Below are positions 27,362-38,261 of a stretch of DNA of 64,000 nt, one piece after another; within the stretch, counting starts at the first letter, position 1, and every line of letters begins with the position of its first letter. The position numbers and the translations under genes are program-made. The notes beneath the pieces were generated by a model that saw nothing but the letters and a program-made list of their open reading frames with translations, did no database searches and was not told the DNA's origin. This DNA is from an uncultured Candidatus Saccharibacteria bacterium (lineage in GTDB: Bacteria > Patescibacteriota > Minisyncoccia > UBA6257 > 1-14-0-10-44-23). Location of the stretch: the NCBI GenBank assembly GCA_964549935.1, contig CAZJVT010000001.1, positions 219,922 through 283,921 of the forward strand, read 5' to 3'.

Positions 27362-28072
27362 ATGCCTACTCAAGTTAAGAAATCAGTCGCAGTGTTTGAT
27401 ATAGACGGGACTATTTTTCGTAACTCGTTGTTCATCGAGCTTCATTGGAAGATGGTTAAAGAAGGTATTATCCCGCGCTCGGCTATCGCGCGGCTTGATA
27501 AGCTGTATTGGAACTGGGTGACGCGCAAAGGAGAGTACGACGACTATCTTGATGAAGTTATTGCGAGTTTTAATCGTTTCATCGAGGGCGTACCGGTTGC
27601 CACGATGCACCGACTGGCTGGCGAGGTAGTAGCGACTCAAAGCAATATCGTATATCGTTACACGCGTGATTTGATTGAGAAGCTGCGCAAGACACATATT
27701 CTCGTCGCGGTATCCGGTTCACAAGACGCTATTGTTGCGGAATTCGCACGTGCCTGGAATTTTGATTACTGCATGGGTACGCAGCACGAAGTAAAAGACC
27801 GAAAGTTTACCGGCAAGGTTATCTGGATCGCCTCGCGCGACAAAAAGGCCTCACTCGAAAAATTGCAAACGGAGCACGGGTTTACAATCGGTAAGGGTTC
27901 GGTTGGTGTTGGTGATACAGAAAGCGATCTTCCGATTTTCGAGCTAGTGGAGCGGGCGATTTGTTTCAATCCGACAAACGGGTTGTATAAGCAGGCGAAG
28001 AAGCGCGGCTGGGAGGTGGTGCTTGAACGGAAGGATTTAATTTTGAGCGTAAAAAACGGTAAGGTTATCTAA
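27362..28072 (+). CDS. HAD-IB family hydrolase (phosphoserine-phosphatase-like)
   Basis: VFDIDGTIF motif I and GDTESD motif IV. Confidence 0.6.
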   Translation: MPTQVKKSVAVFDIDGTIFRNSLFIELHWKMVKEGIIPRSAIARLDKLYWNWVTRKGEYDDYLDEVIASFNRFIEGVPVATMHRLAGEVVATQSNIVYRYTRDLIEKLRKTHILVAVSGSQDAIVAEFARAWNFDYCMGTQHEVKDRKFTGKVIWIASRDKKASLEKLQTEHGFTIGKGSVGVGDTESDLPIFELVERAICFNPTNGLYKQAKKRGWEVVLERKDLILSVKNGKVI

Positions 28073-28073
28073 T

Positions 28074-29027
28074 ATGGCGAGTTCTGAATTTGATGTTGTA
28101 ATTGTCGGGGCTGGTCCGGCTGCGTGGTCATCCGCTACTTTTTTGGCGCGGGCGAATATTAAAACGCTGGTTATTGGTGATCCGGCGCAAAGCGGGCTTG
28201 CCGATGCCGCCGAGGTTTGGAATTATGTTGGATTTCCAAAGGGGATCTCCGGACGAGAACTTTTAGAGGCGATGCAGGAGCAGGCGACGAGCCAGGGTGC
28301 TACGTTTATTCTCGGCGAGGTGACACACGCTGAAAAAATAAACGACTCACAAGAAACAAAAAACAAATTTTTGATACGAACGGCGAAGCGAGAAGAATTT
28401 TTCGCGAAGCAGCTGCTACTCGCGCACGGAGCTAATTTTATTAAGGTTAATTTACCGGGCGAAAAGGAGCTGGTCGGTAAGGGGATTCATTACTGCGCGC
28501 TGTGTGACGGGCCGCTCTATAAAGGAAAGAGCGTTATAGTAGTAGGTAACAGTAATTTGGCCGTCGAGGAGGCGCTTGAATTAACCGCGATGGGCGCCAA
28601 AGTAGAAAAGATTATTACCCACGCGATTACGGCCAACATTTCTAAGGAGTTCACTGAGGCGCTCACCAAGGCGCAGGTAGCACTTTACCAAACTAAAGTG
28701 CTATCGTTTGCGCAGCAAAACGGACAACTCGCCGTCGAGTGCAAGGCGCAGGATGGAGGCGCCGTTACGCACACGGCTGATGCGGTCTTTATCGCTCTAG
28801 GCGTGGCCTCCTCCCCGACGTTTGCTCAAAAGCTTGGGCTGGAGATGCACGGCAACTTTTTGAAGGCGGACGAGAATGGCAAAACGAATGTGCCCGGCGT
28901 TTGGGTTGCCGGTCTGGCGCGCGGCGGCGTGAATCAGGTGGGCAAGTCAGTTGGCGAGGGAGCTTCGACCGCAGTTGCTATAATTAAGTTAGTCACCGGG
29001 CTGCCGCAGTACTTAGATCACACCTAA
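28074..29027 (+). CDS. trxB: Thioredoxin-disulfide reductase-like flavoprotein
   Basis: N-terminal FAD-binding fold (DVVIVGAGPA..S.A...AR), redox-active HYCALCDG and an NAD(P)-binding motif. Confidence 0.7.
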   Translation: MASSEFDVVIVGAGPAAWSSATFLARANIKTLVIGDPAQSGLADAAEVWNYVGFPKGISGRELLEAMQEQATSQGATFILGEVTHAEKINDSQETKNKFLIRTAKREEFFAKQLLLAHGANFIKVNLPGEKELVGKGIHYCALCDGPLYKGKSVIVVGNSNLAVEEALELTAMGAKVEKIITHAITANISKEFTEALTKAQVALYQTKVLSFAQQNGQLAVECKAQDGGAVTHTADAVFIALGVASSPTFAQKLGLEMHGNFLKADENGKTNVPGVWVAGLARGGVNQVGKSVGEGASTAVAIIKLVTGLPQYLDHT

Positions 29028-29031
29028 AGCA

Positions 29032-29385
29032 ATGGACACCACCAAGGAGCAGGCAGTAAATAATTTCGGTTTTTGGTTTTGGATACACCTTTCTTTCATC
29101 TGTATAGCTTATTTGGCTTGGGTACTTTTCGATTGGCGCATTGTTATTATTGGGACAGCGCTTGTCTTTTTGCAGTGGCTTGTGTTTAAGCGCTGCATTA
29201 TCAGTTCCCGGGAAATTAACGCGCAAAACTGGGAAGATAATTGGTTCTATCACTATTCTCAAAAACTCGGCCTGCGGGCTGACAAACGGCATCTGCATAT
29301 TTTTTCTACATACGTCAGCCCCGGCGCGATAGTATTTGCGGCTATTATTTGGCAAGTAGTATTGCATCACTCCAGTTATTTTTAA
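29032..29385 (+). CDS. Small multi-TM membrane protein (hypothetical)
   Basis: 117 aa with 3-4 hydrophobic helices. Confidence 0.4.
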   Translation: MDTTKEQAVNNFGFWFWIHLSFICIAYLAWVLFDWRIVIIGTALVFLQWLVFKRCIISSREINAQNWEDNWFYHYSQKLGLRADKRHLHIFSTYVSPGAIVFAAIIWQVVLHHSSYF

Positions 29386-29389
29386 ATGT

Positions 29390-29935
29390 ATGCTCGTTGT
29401 ATTTACCGGCAATGGAAAAGGGAAGACTACTGCGGCTCTTGGAGCCGCAGTGCGAGCCGTTGGCCGCGGTCAAAAAGTTTTAATGGTTCAGTTTATTAAA
29501 GGACCGTGGCAAAGTGGCGAGGATTTTTCTACGCAGCTTCTTACTGAAGAAGTTCTTATCAAGAGCAAGATTGGCAAGGGCGGGCTGACGTTTAAAAAAA
29601 TGGGACTGGGCTTTGTCGGCATCCTTGGTGATCAGTTGCCGTTTGAAGAACACGTGAAGGCGGCTAAGGCCGCGCTCGCATACGTTAAAGAGCAGCTCCC
29701 GAACTACACTATGGTGGTGATGGACGAGGTGAATGTCGCGGTGCAGCTTAACCTGATTACGGCCAAGGAGGTGCTTGAGGTAATAGCCGGAATAGAGGAT
29801 AGTAAGATTGTCGTTTTAACGGGTCGCGATGCGCCGCAGGAGTTTATCGATGCCGCAGATCTAGCGACAGAGATGCGAGAGATAAAGCACCCGTTTAACA
29901 GCGGCAAGTTAGGTAAATTAAATGTAGAATTTTAA
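29390..29935 (+). CDS. ATP:cob(I)alamin adenosyltransferase-like protein (CobA/CobO/BtuR family)
   Basis: VFTGNGKGKTTAALGAAVRAVGRGQKVLMVQFIKGPW, VVMDEVNV, LTGRD and IKHPFNSG align with the BtuR signature blocks. Confidence 0.6.
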   Translation: MLVVFTGNGKGKTTAALGAAVRAVGRGQKVLMVQFIKGPWQSGEDFSTQLLTEEVLIKSKIGKGGLTFKKMGLGFVGILGDQLPFEEHVKAAKAALAYVKEQLPNYTMVVMDEVNVAVQLNLITAKEVLEVIAGIEDSKIVVLTGRDAPQEFIDAADLATEMREIKHPFNSGKLGKLNVEF

Positions 29936-29937
29936 AT

Positions 29938-30399
29938 ATGGTAGAAGGAGCCCCAAAGCCGGAACAAGAACGCCAGCCAAGCCCGCTCACTCTGATGCGG
30001 TTCGCTCATGTTGTGTCGGAACTAAAGAAAAGATATGCACCAGCCGAGCGTTTACCCGATAGTTTAATAGACCGTGAAGGCGCAGTAACGTATGAGGTGG
30101 AAGGAGAAAGGATAAAAGCTTTATCAGTTTTTTACGTAGAGAAGAAGCCTCTTGTTTCTATGGACGACGCTGCGAAAAATATTCAGAAGATAGTTGCCAG
30201 TGCTTCAGTGGATGAAAATTCTACTGAGACTTCTGAAAAAACCAGACACTTTTTTCTTCTGAGTGATGGTAGGATAGAGGAAAAAATTGCCTATATGAAA
30301 GCAGATGGCTCTTCAACTCCAGTGATTGTGTCCAGGGATATAACCGACGAGCAGCTTGATGATTTTATTGATAAAAAGTTAAAACCATTTTTAGAGTAG
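29938..30399 (+). CDS. Hypothetical cytoplasmic protein
   Basis: 153 aa with no recognisable motif. Tightly packed on the same strand as its neighbours. Confidence 0.4.
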   Translation: MVEGAPKPEQERQPSPLTLMRFAHVVSELKKRYAPAERLPDSLIDREGAVTYEVEGERIKALSVFYVEKKPLVSMDDAAKNIQKIVASASVDENSTETSEKTRHFFLLSDGRIEEKIAYMKADGSSTPVIVSRDITDEQLDDFIDKKLKPFLE

Positions 30400-30414
30400 C
30401 GCATACCTCCTCGC

Positions 30415-31041
30415 ATGATTCAAGCCTTTTTTATCATCGTTCTCATCTTCTCCGTCATCATCCACGAGATTTCACATGGCTATGTTGCGTTACTCTTGGG
30501 CGATACGACGGCGAAGGACGCCGGGCGACTAACGCTTAATCCGCTTAAGCATATCGACCTATTCGGTTCCATTTTATTTCCACTAATGATGGTTTTACTG
30601 AAGGGGCCGGTGTTTGGCTGGGCTAAACCGGTGCCGTATGACCCGCGTTATTTAAAAAATCCGAAGCGAGCCGCCGGACTTATCGCGCTGGCCGGACCGG
30701 GGAGTAACTTGGCAGTTGCAGTTATCTTCGCGATTGTCAGCAGAATTTTACTGGTGATGCCGGCCTCTAGTTTCTTAGATGTTTTATATGTTTTAGTCGT
30801 TGTCATTGTGCAGGTTAACGTCTCACTCGCAGTCTTTAATCTTTTACCGATTCCGCCGCTCGACGGGTCGGGGATTTTGTTCTCACTACTGCCACGTGGG
30901 CTTGAAAACTTGGAACGCTTTTTCCGCCAGTTCGGCTTTTTCATCCTAATTATCCTCATCTATTCGGGGCTTAACTTTTTAAACCCGATTATGAGTTTTT
31001 TGTATAAAATCCTGCTTGGACCGGGTTCGCCGCTGCTGTAG
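30415..31041 (+). CDS. Site-2 protease-family (M50) membrane metalloprotease
   Basis: HEISHG (HExxH) in a TM helix plus the downstream LLPIPPLDGS (LDG) motif. Confidence 0.65.
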   Translation: MIQAFFIIVLIFSVIIHEISHGYVALLLGDTTAKDAGRLTLNPLKHIDLFGSILFPLMMVLLKGPVFGWAKPVPYDPRYLKNPKRAAGLIALAGPGSNLAVAVIFAIVSRILLVMPASSFLDVLYVLVVVIVQVNVSLAVFNLLPIPPLDGSGILFSLLPRGLENLERFFRQFGFFILIILIYSGLNFLNPIMSFLYKILLGPGSPLL

Positions 31042-31091
31042 TTGCTTGGTCTCTCGCAGTTGTGGTAGCTTAATGGTCCAGGAGGTGTCCC

Positions 31092-31250
31092 TTGAGCGAT
31101 CATCTGTCCGAAGATGGGGAGTGTACGGAATGTGGCTCTCCCGATGTCTACATCAAGAAGTGCCCGCAGTGCGGGCAGGAGGTCGAGGCTGCTCATGACA
31201 GCGCCTGTTCGCATCACGAGCAGAAGCACCTCTGTCACGCCGCAGCGTGA
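31092..31250 (+). CDS. Small zinc-ribbon protein (52 aa; TTG start; not in the ORF track)
   Basis: AGGAGG SD 6 nt before the TTG. CTECG..(15)..CPQCG ribbon plus extra C/H residues. GC about 62%. Confidence 0.3.
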   Translation: MSDHLSEDGECTECGSPDVYIKKCPQCGQEVEAAHDSACSHHEQKHLCHAAA

Positions 31251-31301
31251 CGAGTCCTATCGGTCTCCGGCGCGGTCTCCGCCCGGGGCCGCTGTCGTTA
31301 A

Positions 31302-31330
31302 TTGACAAATTGGCCATCTTTCTCTATATT
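31302..31330 (+). promoter_or_regulatory. Sigma70 promoter of the str operon (TTGACA-N17-TATATT), about 120-nt leader
   Basis: Exact -35 box with a good -10, upstream of rpsL. Confidence 0.5.
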
Positions 31331-31451
31331 TATCCCATCCGCTACAGCGGACATTTTGTTTACTTTTGCGGCGTGGATTAGATCCCCACGTGTCATGCTG
31401 ACAGCAAAAGAAGACAAAACTACATTTATATTGATTATTTTGCATTAAAAA

Positions 31452-31874
31452 ATGCCTACAATCCGTCAACTCGTTAAACGTGGCCGCAAGCCGCTTGCGA
31501 CAAAGTCAAAGTCGCCAGCGACCCAGCGCTACTTCAACTACATTCACAACAAGCCGAAGCAAATTCCGGCGCCGTTTAAGCGCGGTGTTTGTATTCAGGT
31601 AAAGACCATGACCCCGAAGAAGCCGAACTCAGCTATCCGTAAGATCGCTCGCGTTCGCTTAACGAACGGCATGGAAATCACCGCTTACATTCCAGGAGAA
31701 GGTCACAACTTGCAGGAGCACTCCGTCGTTATGGTTCGTGGCGGTCGTGTCAAAGACTTGCCGGGTGTTCGTTACCACGTCGTCCGCGGCGTGCTCGACA
31801 CCGCCGGTGTTGAAGATCGTCGTCAGCAGCGCAGTGCCTATGGTGCTAAGACACCGAAGGCCGCTAAAGAGTAA
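31452..31874 (+). CDS. rpsL: 30S ribosomal protein S12
   Basis: [18 protein letters not shown] and [23 protein letters not shown]. Carries an N-terminal insertion of about 13 aa. Confidence 0.92.
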   Translation: MPTIRQLVKRGRKPLATKSKSPATQRYFNYIHNKPKQIPAPFKRGVCIQVKTMTPKKPNSAIRKIARVRLTNGMEITAYIPGEGHNLQEHSVVMVRGGRVKDLPGVRYHVVRGVLDTAGVEDRRQQRSAYGAKTPKAAKE

Positions 31875-31897
31875 TAACGAATATTTGAAATTATTGT

Positions 31898-32365
31898 ATG
31901 CGAAAAAAGCGTAACTATAAGCGCGACCGCACCCCGGACTTAAAGTACGGTTCTGTTGCTATTGCCCGTTTGATTAACTCCGTCATGTATGACGGTAAGA
32001 AGTCAGTTGCAGAAAAGGTTGTCTATGACGCCTTTGATATCGTTGCCGAGAAGACCAAGCAGGATGCTATGACGGTCTTTAATTTGGCTATGGAAAACGC
32101 CCAGCCGCTCGTTGAGACTTCAGCGAAGCGTGTCGGTGGTGCTAACTACCAGGTTCCTCGCGAAGTTCGCCCGGAGCGCAAGTTCCTTCTCGCGACTCGT
32201 TGGATTATCGGTGCCGCCCGCGCTAAGAAGGGTAAGGATATGGCCGAGCGTTTGGCTGAAGAGATTATTCTCGCCAGCAAAAACGAAGGTAACGCTATCA
32301 AGAAGAAACAGGACGTTCACCGTATGGCGGAAGCCAACCGAGCATTTGCACATTTTTCTTGGTAG
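31898..32365 (+). CDS. rpsG: 30S ribosomal protein S7
   Basis: 155 aa with the S7 signature (GKKSVAEKVVYDA, ANRAFAHF). Confidence 0.9.
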   Translation: MRKKRNYKRDRTPDLKYGSVAIARLINSVMYDGKKSVAEKVVYDAFDIVAEKTKQDAMTVFNLAMENAQPLVETSAKRVGGANYQVPREVRPERKFLLATRWIIGAARAKKGKDMAERLAEEIILASKNEGNAIKKKQDVHRMAEANRAFAHFSW

Positions 32366-32484
32366 AAAAATGGCAAGTCGATTCTCAATTTCTAATTTTT
32401 AATTTACAATTGGGAATAGGTAAGCGGAGATTCGCTAGCGTTTCTCATTGAAAATTGTAAATTCCAAAATTGTAAATTAATTCC

Positions 32485-34608
32485 ATGTCTAGACAATATC
32501 CGTTAGAGAGAACTCGTAACTTTGGAATCGTCGCCCACATCGATGCGGGTAAGACGACCACGTCGGAGCGCGTTTTGTACTACACCGGTGTTTCTCACAA
32601 AATCGGTGAGGTGCACGAAGGTGATACCGTCATGGACTGGATGGAGCAGGAGCGCGAGCGTGGTATCACGATTACCTCGGCTGCGACGACCGCCTTCTGG
32701 GTCCCGACCTATGTCTCGAAAGAGGACAAGGCCAAAAACAAAGACGCCAATACCTACCGCTTCAATCTTATTGATACGCCGGGGCACATAGACTTTACCG
32801 TCGAGGTTAAGCGTTCTTTGCGCGTGCTCGATGGCGCCGTCGTCGTGTTCGATGGAGTTTCCGGCGTTGAGCCGCAGTCTGAAACCAACTGGCGTTACGC
32901 TGACGAATACAACGTTCCGCGTATTTGCTTTATTAACAAGCTCGATCGTATGGGTGCCAGCTTTGAAAAGAGCTTGCAGTCAATCGTCGACCGCTTGAAC
33001 CCAAACGCTATCGCTGCGCAGCTTCCGATCGGTTCAGAAGGCGGCTTTAGTGGTCTCATCGATTTGCTTACTCAAAAGGCCTACGCCTTTGAAGGTGATA
33101 AGGGAGAGAACATCAAAGAGATTCCAATTCCGGCGGACATGGCCGATGAGGTCAAGAAGCGCCACCACCAGCTCGTGGAAAAAATTGTTGAAAACGATGA
33201 CGTGCTGATGTCGAGCTACCTCGAAGGCAAAGTGCCTTCACTCGCGGAACTCAAGAAGGTTCTCCGTAAGGCTGTTCTCGCCGTTAAAATAATCCCGGTC
33301 TACACCGGTTCCGCTCTTAAGAACAAGGGAGTTCAGTTTGTACTCGACGCCGTCGTCGACTACTTGCCGAGCCCGCTCGACCTGCCGCCGGTTAAGGGTA
33401 TCGACCCGCACACCAACGCCGAGGTATTCCGTAAGCCTTCAGACGCCGAGCCGTTTACCGCGCTCGCGTTTAAGATTATGACGGATCCGTTCGTGGGTTC
33501 CTTAACCTTCTTCCGTGTGTACGCCGGTAGCTTGAAGCGCGGTAGCTACGTGTACAACTCGACGAAAGGTGAGATGGAGCGCGTTGGACGTATTTTGCGT
33601 ATGCACGCAAACGACCGTGAAGAAATCGAAGAGATTAACGCCGGTGATATCGGTGCCTTAGTCGGTATGAAAGACACGACGACCGGTGACACGCTCTGTG
33701 ACGAGCCGACCGCCGTTGTCCTTGAAAAGATCTCCTTCCCTGAACCGGTTATCTCTATCCGCGTTGAGCCGAAGACTAAAGCTGACCAGGAAAAGATGGG
33801 TATGGCGCTCCGCCGTCTTGCAGACGAGGATCCGACCTTCCGTGTTTCCGGTAATGCTGAAACGGGTGAGACGATTATCGCCGGTATGGGTGAGCTCCAC
33901 TTAGAAGTTCTCGTTGAGCGTATGCGCCGCGAGTTTAGCGTTGAGACAACGACCGGCCGTCCGCAGGTTTCATATAAGGAAACGATTTCCAAGAAGGCCG
34001 AAGCCGAAGGTAAGTACATCAAGCAGTCTGGAGGTCGTGGTCAGTACGGTCACGTCAAACTTCGTATCGAGCCGCTCGAGCGCGGCAAGGGCTTTGAGTT
34101 CGTCAACGAAATCAAAGGAGGTTCAATTCCGAAGGAGTTTATCGCTCCGGTTGAAAAGGGTATCGAGGAGGCTCTCACTCGCGGTATTCAGGCCGGGTAC
34201 CGAGTTATCGACGTCCGCGTCGAGCTCTACGACGGTAGCTACCACGAAGTTGACTCTTCGGAAGCCGCTTTCAAAATCGCTGCTTCAATGGGTTTCCAGG
34301 AGGCTTGTAAGATGGCTGCGCCGATTATCCTTGAGCCGATTATGAAGGTCCAGGTTATCGTCCCGACTGAATACATGGGTGACATCACCGGTGACATCAG
34401 CTCGAAGCGTGGCCGCATCGATGGCATGGGTGACCGTCCGATGGTTAAGGTTATCGACGCCTTCGTACCACTTTCCGAAATGTTCGGTTACGCGACCAAG
34501 CTTCGTTCGATGACACAGGGCCGTGGTAACTTCACGATGGAGTTCTACGCCTACGAGCCGGCTCCGGGCAACGTGACGAAGGAGATCATTGAGGGCAAGA
34601 GACAGTAA
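32485..34608 (+). CDS. fusA: Elongation factor G
   Basis: AHIDAGKTT and DTPGHIDF motifs, 707 aa, full domain set. Confidence 0.95.
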   Translation: MSRQYPLERTRNFGIVAHIDAGKTTTSERVLYYTGVSHKIGEVHEGDTVMDWMEQERERGITITSAATTAFWVPTYVSKEDKAKNKDANTYRFNLIDTPGHIDFTVEVKRSLRVLDGAVVVFDGVSGVEPQSETNWRYADEYNVPRICFINKLDRMGASFEKSLQSIVDRLNPNAIAAQLPIGSEGGFSGLIDLLTQKAYAFEGDKGENIKEIPIPADMADEVKKRHHQLVEKIVENDDVLMSSYLEGKVPSLAELKKVLRKAVLAVKIIPVYTGSALKNKGVQFVLDAVVDYLPSPLDLPPVKGIDPHTNAEVFRKPSDAEPFTALAFKIMTDPFVGSLTFFRVYAGSLKRGSYVYNSTKGEMERVGRILRMHANDREEIEEINAGDIGALVGMKDTTTGDTLCDEPTAVVLEKISFPEPVISIRVEPKTKADQEKMGMALRRLADEDPTFRVSGNAETGETIIAGMGELHLEVLVERMRREFSVETTTGRPQVSYKETISKKAEAEGKYIKQSGGRGQYGHVKLRIEPLERGKGFEFVNEIKGGSIPKEFIAPVEKGIEEALTRGIQAGYRVIDVRVELYDGSYHEVDSSEAAFKIAASMGFQEACKMAAPIILEPIMKVQVIVPTEYMGDITGDISSKRGRIDGMGDRPMVKVIDAFVPLSEMFGYATKLRSMTQGRGNFTMEFYAYEPAPGNVTKEIIEGKRQ

Positions 34609-34650
34609 GAATAGTAGACAGTAGTTAGTAGATAGTAGACAGGGGATTTT

Positions 34651-34683
34651 AGCCGGGCGCGACATCTTGTCGCGCCCGGCTTT
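34651..34683 (+). terminator. Rho-independent terminator after fusA
   Basis: AGCCGGGCGCGACATCTTGTCGCGCCCGGCTTT. Confidence 0.7.
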
Positions 34684-34882
34684 GTCCAAGGAGTCAAACT
34701 CGGCTCAAAGTTTTTACAAACACTATTCGTATGAATAGTAGTGTTAATTCAGTATTTTATATTTTCAGAAAAGTTTAGCGCAGCAGCGCAAACGCCGAGT
34801 TTGTACTACGGGATTGCTTTTCTTTTTTCGAAAGAGTAGATTCTGTTGTGTCTGCGCGTGTCGTGGACAAGGAGGAGATACG

Positions 34883-35353
34883 TTGGCGTACAAAGAGCTG
34901 CCTGTCGAGAAGGGAAGGAAGTACCTGCCGCACATCTGGAACCTGTTCTTCAAGCCGCTCGACGAACCCGACTTTTTCGTCGAACCGTGGCGCAACTGCG
35001 AGCTCGGTGATTGTGCCGAGTTTCGCGAAGACGAAGTATCGTTCTTCGTGCTCGATGCAGAGCTGGTTGCCTTCCTCGATGGCGCGAGGGAAGGGCTGCA
35101 CCTCTTCGGTGCCTACAACCAGGTCAACGTCTGCCAGATGCGAGCCCGCGGCACCGTATCACGGGTGGATGATCCGGCCGAAATCGCACGGGTCAAGAAG
35201 AGCAGGCGGGCCAGCATCACGAAGCGAGTCGGCAAGACGGTCGATGGTCTCAGAGAGGAAGAGGCGGATGCGCGACGTGTCATCATCGACAGTGGCACCC
35301 TCTTCCGCTTCTCCGTCACCTCCTACGCGCACAAGATGTACGAACGGGGGTAG
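34883..35353 (+). CDS. Cassette ORF 1: hypothetical protein (high GC; TTG start)
   Basis: AAGGAGG SD 7 nt before the TTG. GC about 62%. Shares its 65-bp leader and 45-bp 3' hairpin repeat with the next module. The alternative-frame ORF 34848-35444 is judged spurious. Confidence 0.4.
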   Translation: MAYKELPVEKGRKYLPHIWNLFFKPLDEPDFFVEPWRNCELGDCAEFREDEVSFFVLDAELVAFLDGAREGLHLFGAYNQVNVCQMRARGTVSRVDDPAEIARVKKSRRASITKRVGKTVDGLREEEADARRVIIDSGTLFRFSVTSYAHKMYERG

Positions 35354-35361
35354 CAGCAACT

Positions 35362-35406
35362 GGGCCGTAGGCCGACCGTGGAGGTCGCCCTGCGGCCCTC
35401 ACGTTT
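35362..35406 (+). repeat. 45-bp 3' hairpin repeat, copy 1
   Basis: GGGCCGTAGGCCGACCGTGGAGGTCGCCCTGCGGCCCTCACGTTT, identical to 35992-36036. Confidence 0.6.
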
Positions 35407-35486
35407 TAATATTTAAGTTTGCTTTTCTTTTTTCAAAAGAGTAGATTCTGGTTGTGTCTGCGCGTGTCGCGGGCAAGGAGGAATCG

Positions 35487-35987
35487 ATGAATCACAAGAC
35501 GTATCTCGGGTGGGTCTCGCGACTGCGCGGGTTCGCTCTGCGCAGGCCGATCGACAGGGATGACCTCAAGGACGTCCTGGAGTATCTGGCGAAGCAGCTT
35601 CCGGAGCACGAGGAGAAGATCGCGCGCGCCGAGGCGAAGACCCAGGAGTTCGAGTTCGGAGGGCAGTGCTTTGTCCCCCTCGAGCGGGACGACAGGACGG
35701 GTGTCATCGTCCTGGAGTACGCCTACGGCAATGTCTGGTCGCCTCTTCACCGGCATGGGCGGTCAACCGATCCGAGTGAGCCGGGCGAGATCGTCGACAC
35801 CTACGACGGACTTCTGCTCGACCGCCACGCCAATGGCAGCGTGATCACTCATCGTGTCGGCGACCCTTCGATCGTTCATCTGCCCGGGAGCATTCATCAG
35901 CCGCTCATCTACGGCGGATGGGTCGGGAGCTTCTGGCATCCTGTCCGAGCGGAGGACCTCGACCTCGAGAAGCTGCTCGGGGTGTAG
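35487..35987 (+). CDS. Cassette ORF 2: cupin-like hypothetical protein (high GC)
   Basis: AAGGAGG SD 5 nt before the ATG. SPLHRHG..E and PGSIHQP resemble the two cupin motifs. GC about 63%. Confidence 0.45.
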   Translation: MNHKTYLGWVSRLRGFALRRPIDRDDLKDVLEYLAKQLPEHEEKIARAEAKTQEFEFGGQCFVPLERDDRTGVIVLEYAYGNVWSPLHRHGRSTDPSEPGEIVDTYDGLLLDRHANGSVITHRVGDPSIVHLPGSIHQPLIYGGWVGSFWHPVRAEDLDLEKLLGV

Positions 35988-35991
35988 CACC

Positions 35992-36036
35992 GGGCCGTAG
36001 GCCGACCGTGGAGGTCGCCCTGCGGCCCTCACGTTT
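35992..36036 (+). repeat. 45-bp 3' hairpin repeat, copy 2
   Basis: Identical to copy 1. Confidence 0.6.
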
Positions 36037-36075
36037 CAGTTTGCTTTTGCGAATTTTCAGCGCTACACTTTCTGT

Positions 36076-36438
36076 ATGAACTTATTTTCTTTGGCTCACG
36101 CGGCTACGAGCACTTGTACGGTAAATGGTGATCCGGTTGACTGCGCGCAACTTGGCAATGCAGTAAAAGGATTCGCTGCGTTTGCTTTTATTATCCCGGC
36201 GATTTTTGGAATCGTTGGTCTCGCCCTGTTTGTCTTCTGGATTATGATGCTCGTCCATGTTGCGAAGCATCCCATCAAAGATAAAGCCCTTTGGGTTATT
36301 GTCCTTTTAGTCGGTAACGGCGTCGGTGCCATTGTATATTATTTTGCAGTTAAGCGTCATTATGACGCCATGCAAGTAGCGCCTGGGAACGTGCCGCCGA
36401 CAGCCCCGATTCCGCCGTCCGCACCTCCAGCTATTTAA
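36076..36438 (+). CDS. Small membrane protein, PLDc_N-like
   Basis: Two TM helices. ALWVIVLLVGNGVGAIVYYF resembles the phospholipase-D/nuclease N-terminal membrane domain. Confidence 0.4.
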   Translation: MNLFSLAHAATSTCTVNGDPVDCAQLGNAVKGFAAFAFIIPAIFGIVGLALFVFWIMMLVHVAKHPIKDKALWVIVLLVGNGVGAIVYYFAVKRHYDAMQVAPGNVPPTAPIPPSAPPAI

Positions 36439-36452
36439 GAGAAGGAGGGGGA

Positions 36453-36480
36453 TTGACAATTTTTCGGCTGTACGTATAAT
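36453..36480 (+). promoter_or_regulatory. Consensus sigma70 promoter of tuf (TTGACA-N16-TATAAT) with a leader hairpin
   Basis: Exact hexamers. An AACCCGCTCGGCGGGTTT hairpin sits in the 70-nt leader. Confidence 0.55.
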
Positions 36481-36552
36481 TACGGGACATTTAGAACCCG
36501 CTCGGCGGGTTTGCATTTATTAATAAAACTAAATAATTTTTAAGTAACGCAT

Positions 36553-37755
<1,203 letters not shown>

Positions 37756-37784
37756 TCTCTGCTGTTTAGCGAGATCCTTACCAT

Positions 37785-38138
37785 ATGACTGTTGCTGCAC
37801 CAAAAAAGACTGTGAAGGCCGCGGAGGTTACGAAAGAGAAGCTCCGTCTGCGCATCAAAGCGTACGACACCAAGCTTATCGACTCGTCCTGCCGTCAGAT
37901 TATTGAAGCCGCCAAGAAGCATGAGGCGACTGTCGTCGGCCCGATTCCTCTTCCGACTGAATTTAAGAAGTTCACAGTGAACCGCTCAACGTTCATCGAC
38001 AAGAACTCTCGCGAACAGTTCGAACTCCGTATCCACAAGCGCTTGATTGATATTTTGCACCCAACCCAGCAGATCATTAGCTCGCTCTCGAGCTTGAACC
38101 TGCCGGCCGGAGTAGATATCGAGATCAAGATGGTTTAA
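37785..38138 (+). CDS. rpsJ: 30S ribosomal protein S10
   Basis: LRIKAYD..LID and GPIPLPT motifs. About 15-aa N-terminal extension. Confidence 0.9.
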   Translation: MTVAAPKKTVKAAEVTKEKLRLRIKAYDTKLIDSSCRQIIEAAKKHEATVVGPIPLPTEFKKFTVNRSTFIDKNSREQFELRIHKRLIDILHPTQQIISSLSSLNLPAGVDIEIKMV

Positions 38139-38158
38139 GGAGAATGATTGTATCTAGC

Positions 38159-38231
38159 AAAAGCCGCCGAAAGGCGGCTTTTGCGTTTTTGGCTCTCACG
38201 GCTCAACGGCGTACCGTTGAGCCGTTGAGGT
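38159..38231 (+). terminator. Terminator-repeat family copy 1 (hairpin + U-run, then a second 10-bp-stem hairpin)
   Basis: CAAAAGCCGCCGAAAGGCGGCTTTTGCGTTTTT then GGCTCAACGGCGTACCGTTGAGCC. Paralogous to 40958 and 41751. Confidence 0.6.
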
Positions 38232-38261
38232 TAGAAAGGCCTTCGTAGAGGCGTTTTTCTT

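Noticed and set aside
34848-35444. 198-aa ORF (MSARVVDKEE...) overlapping cassette ORF 1 in another frame
   Set aside because: An Arg/Ser-rich, low-complexity translation. Its MSARV start is just the translated copy of the shared leader repeat, which also gives MSARVAGKEE before the second cassette. The SD-positioned frame gives a globular-looking protein.
35362-36036. The 45-bp repeats as integron attC sites
   Set aside because: They lack the conserved attC core sites (RYYYAAC/GTTRRRY) and no integrase is nearby. Kept only as a cassette-like repeat.
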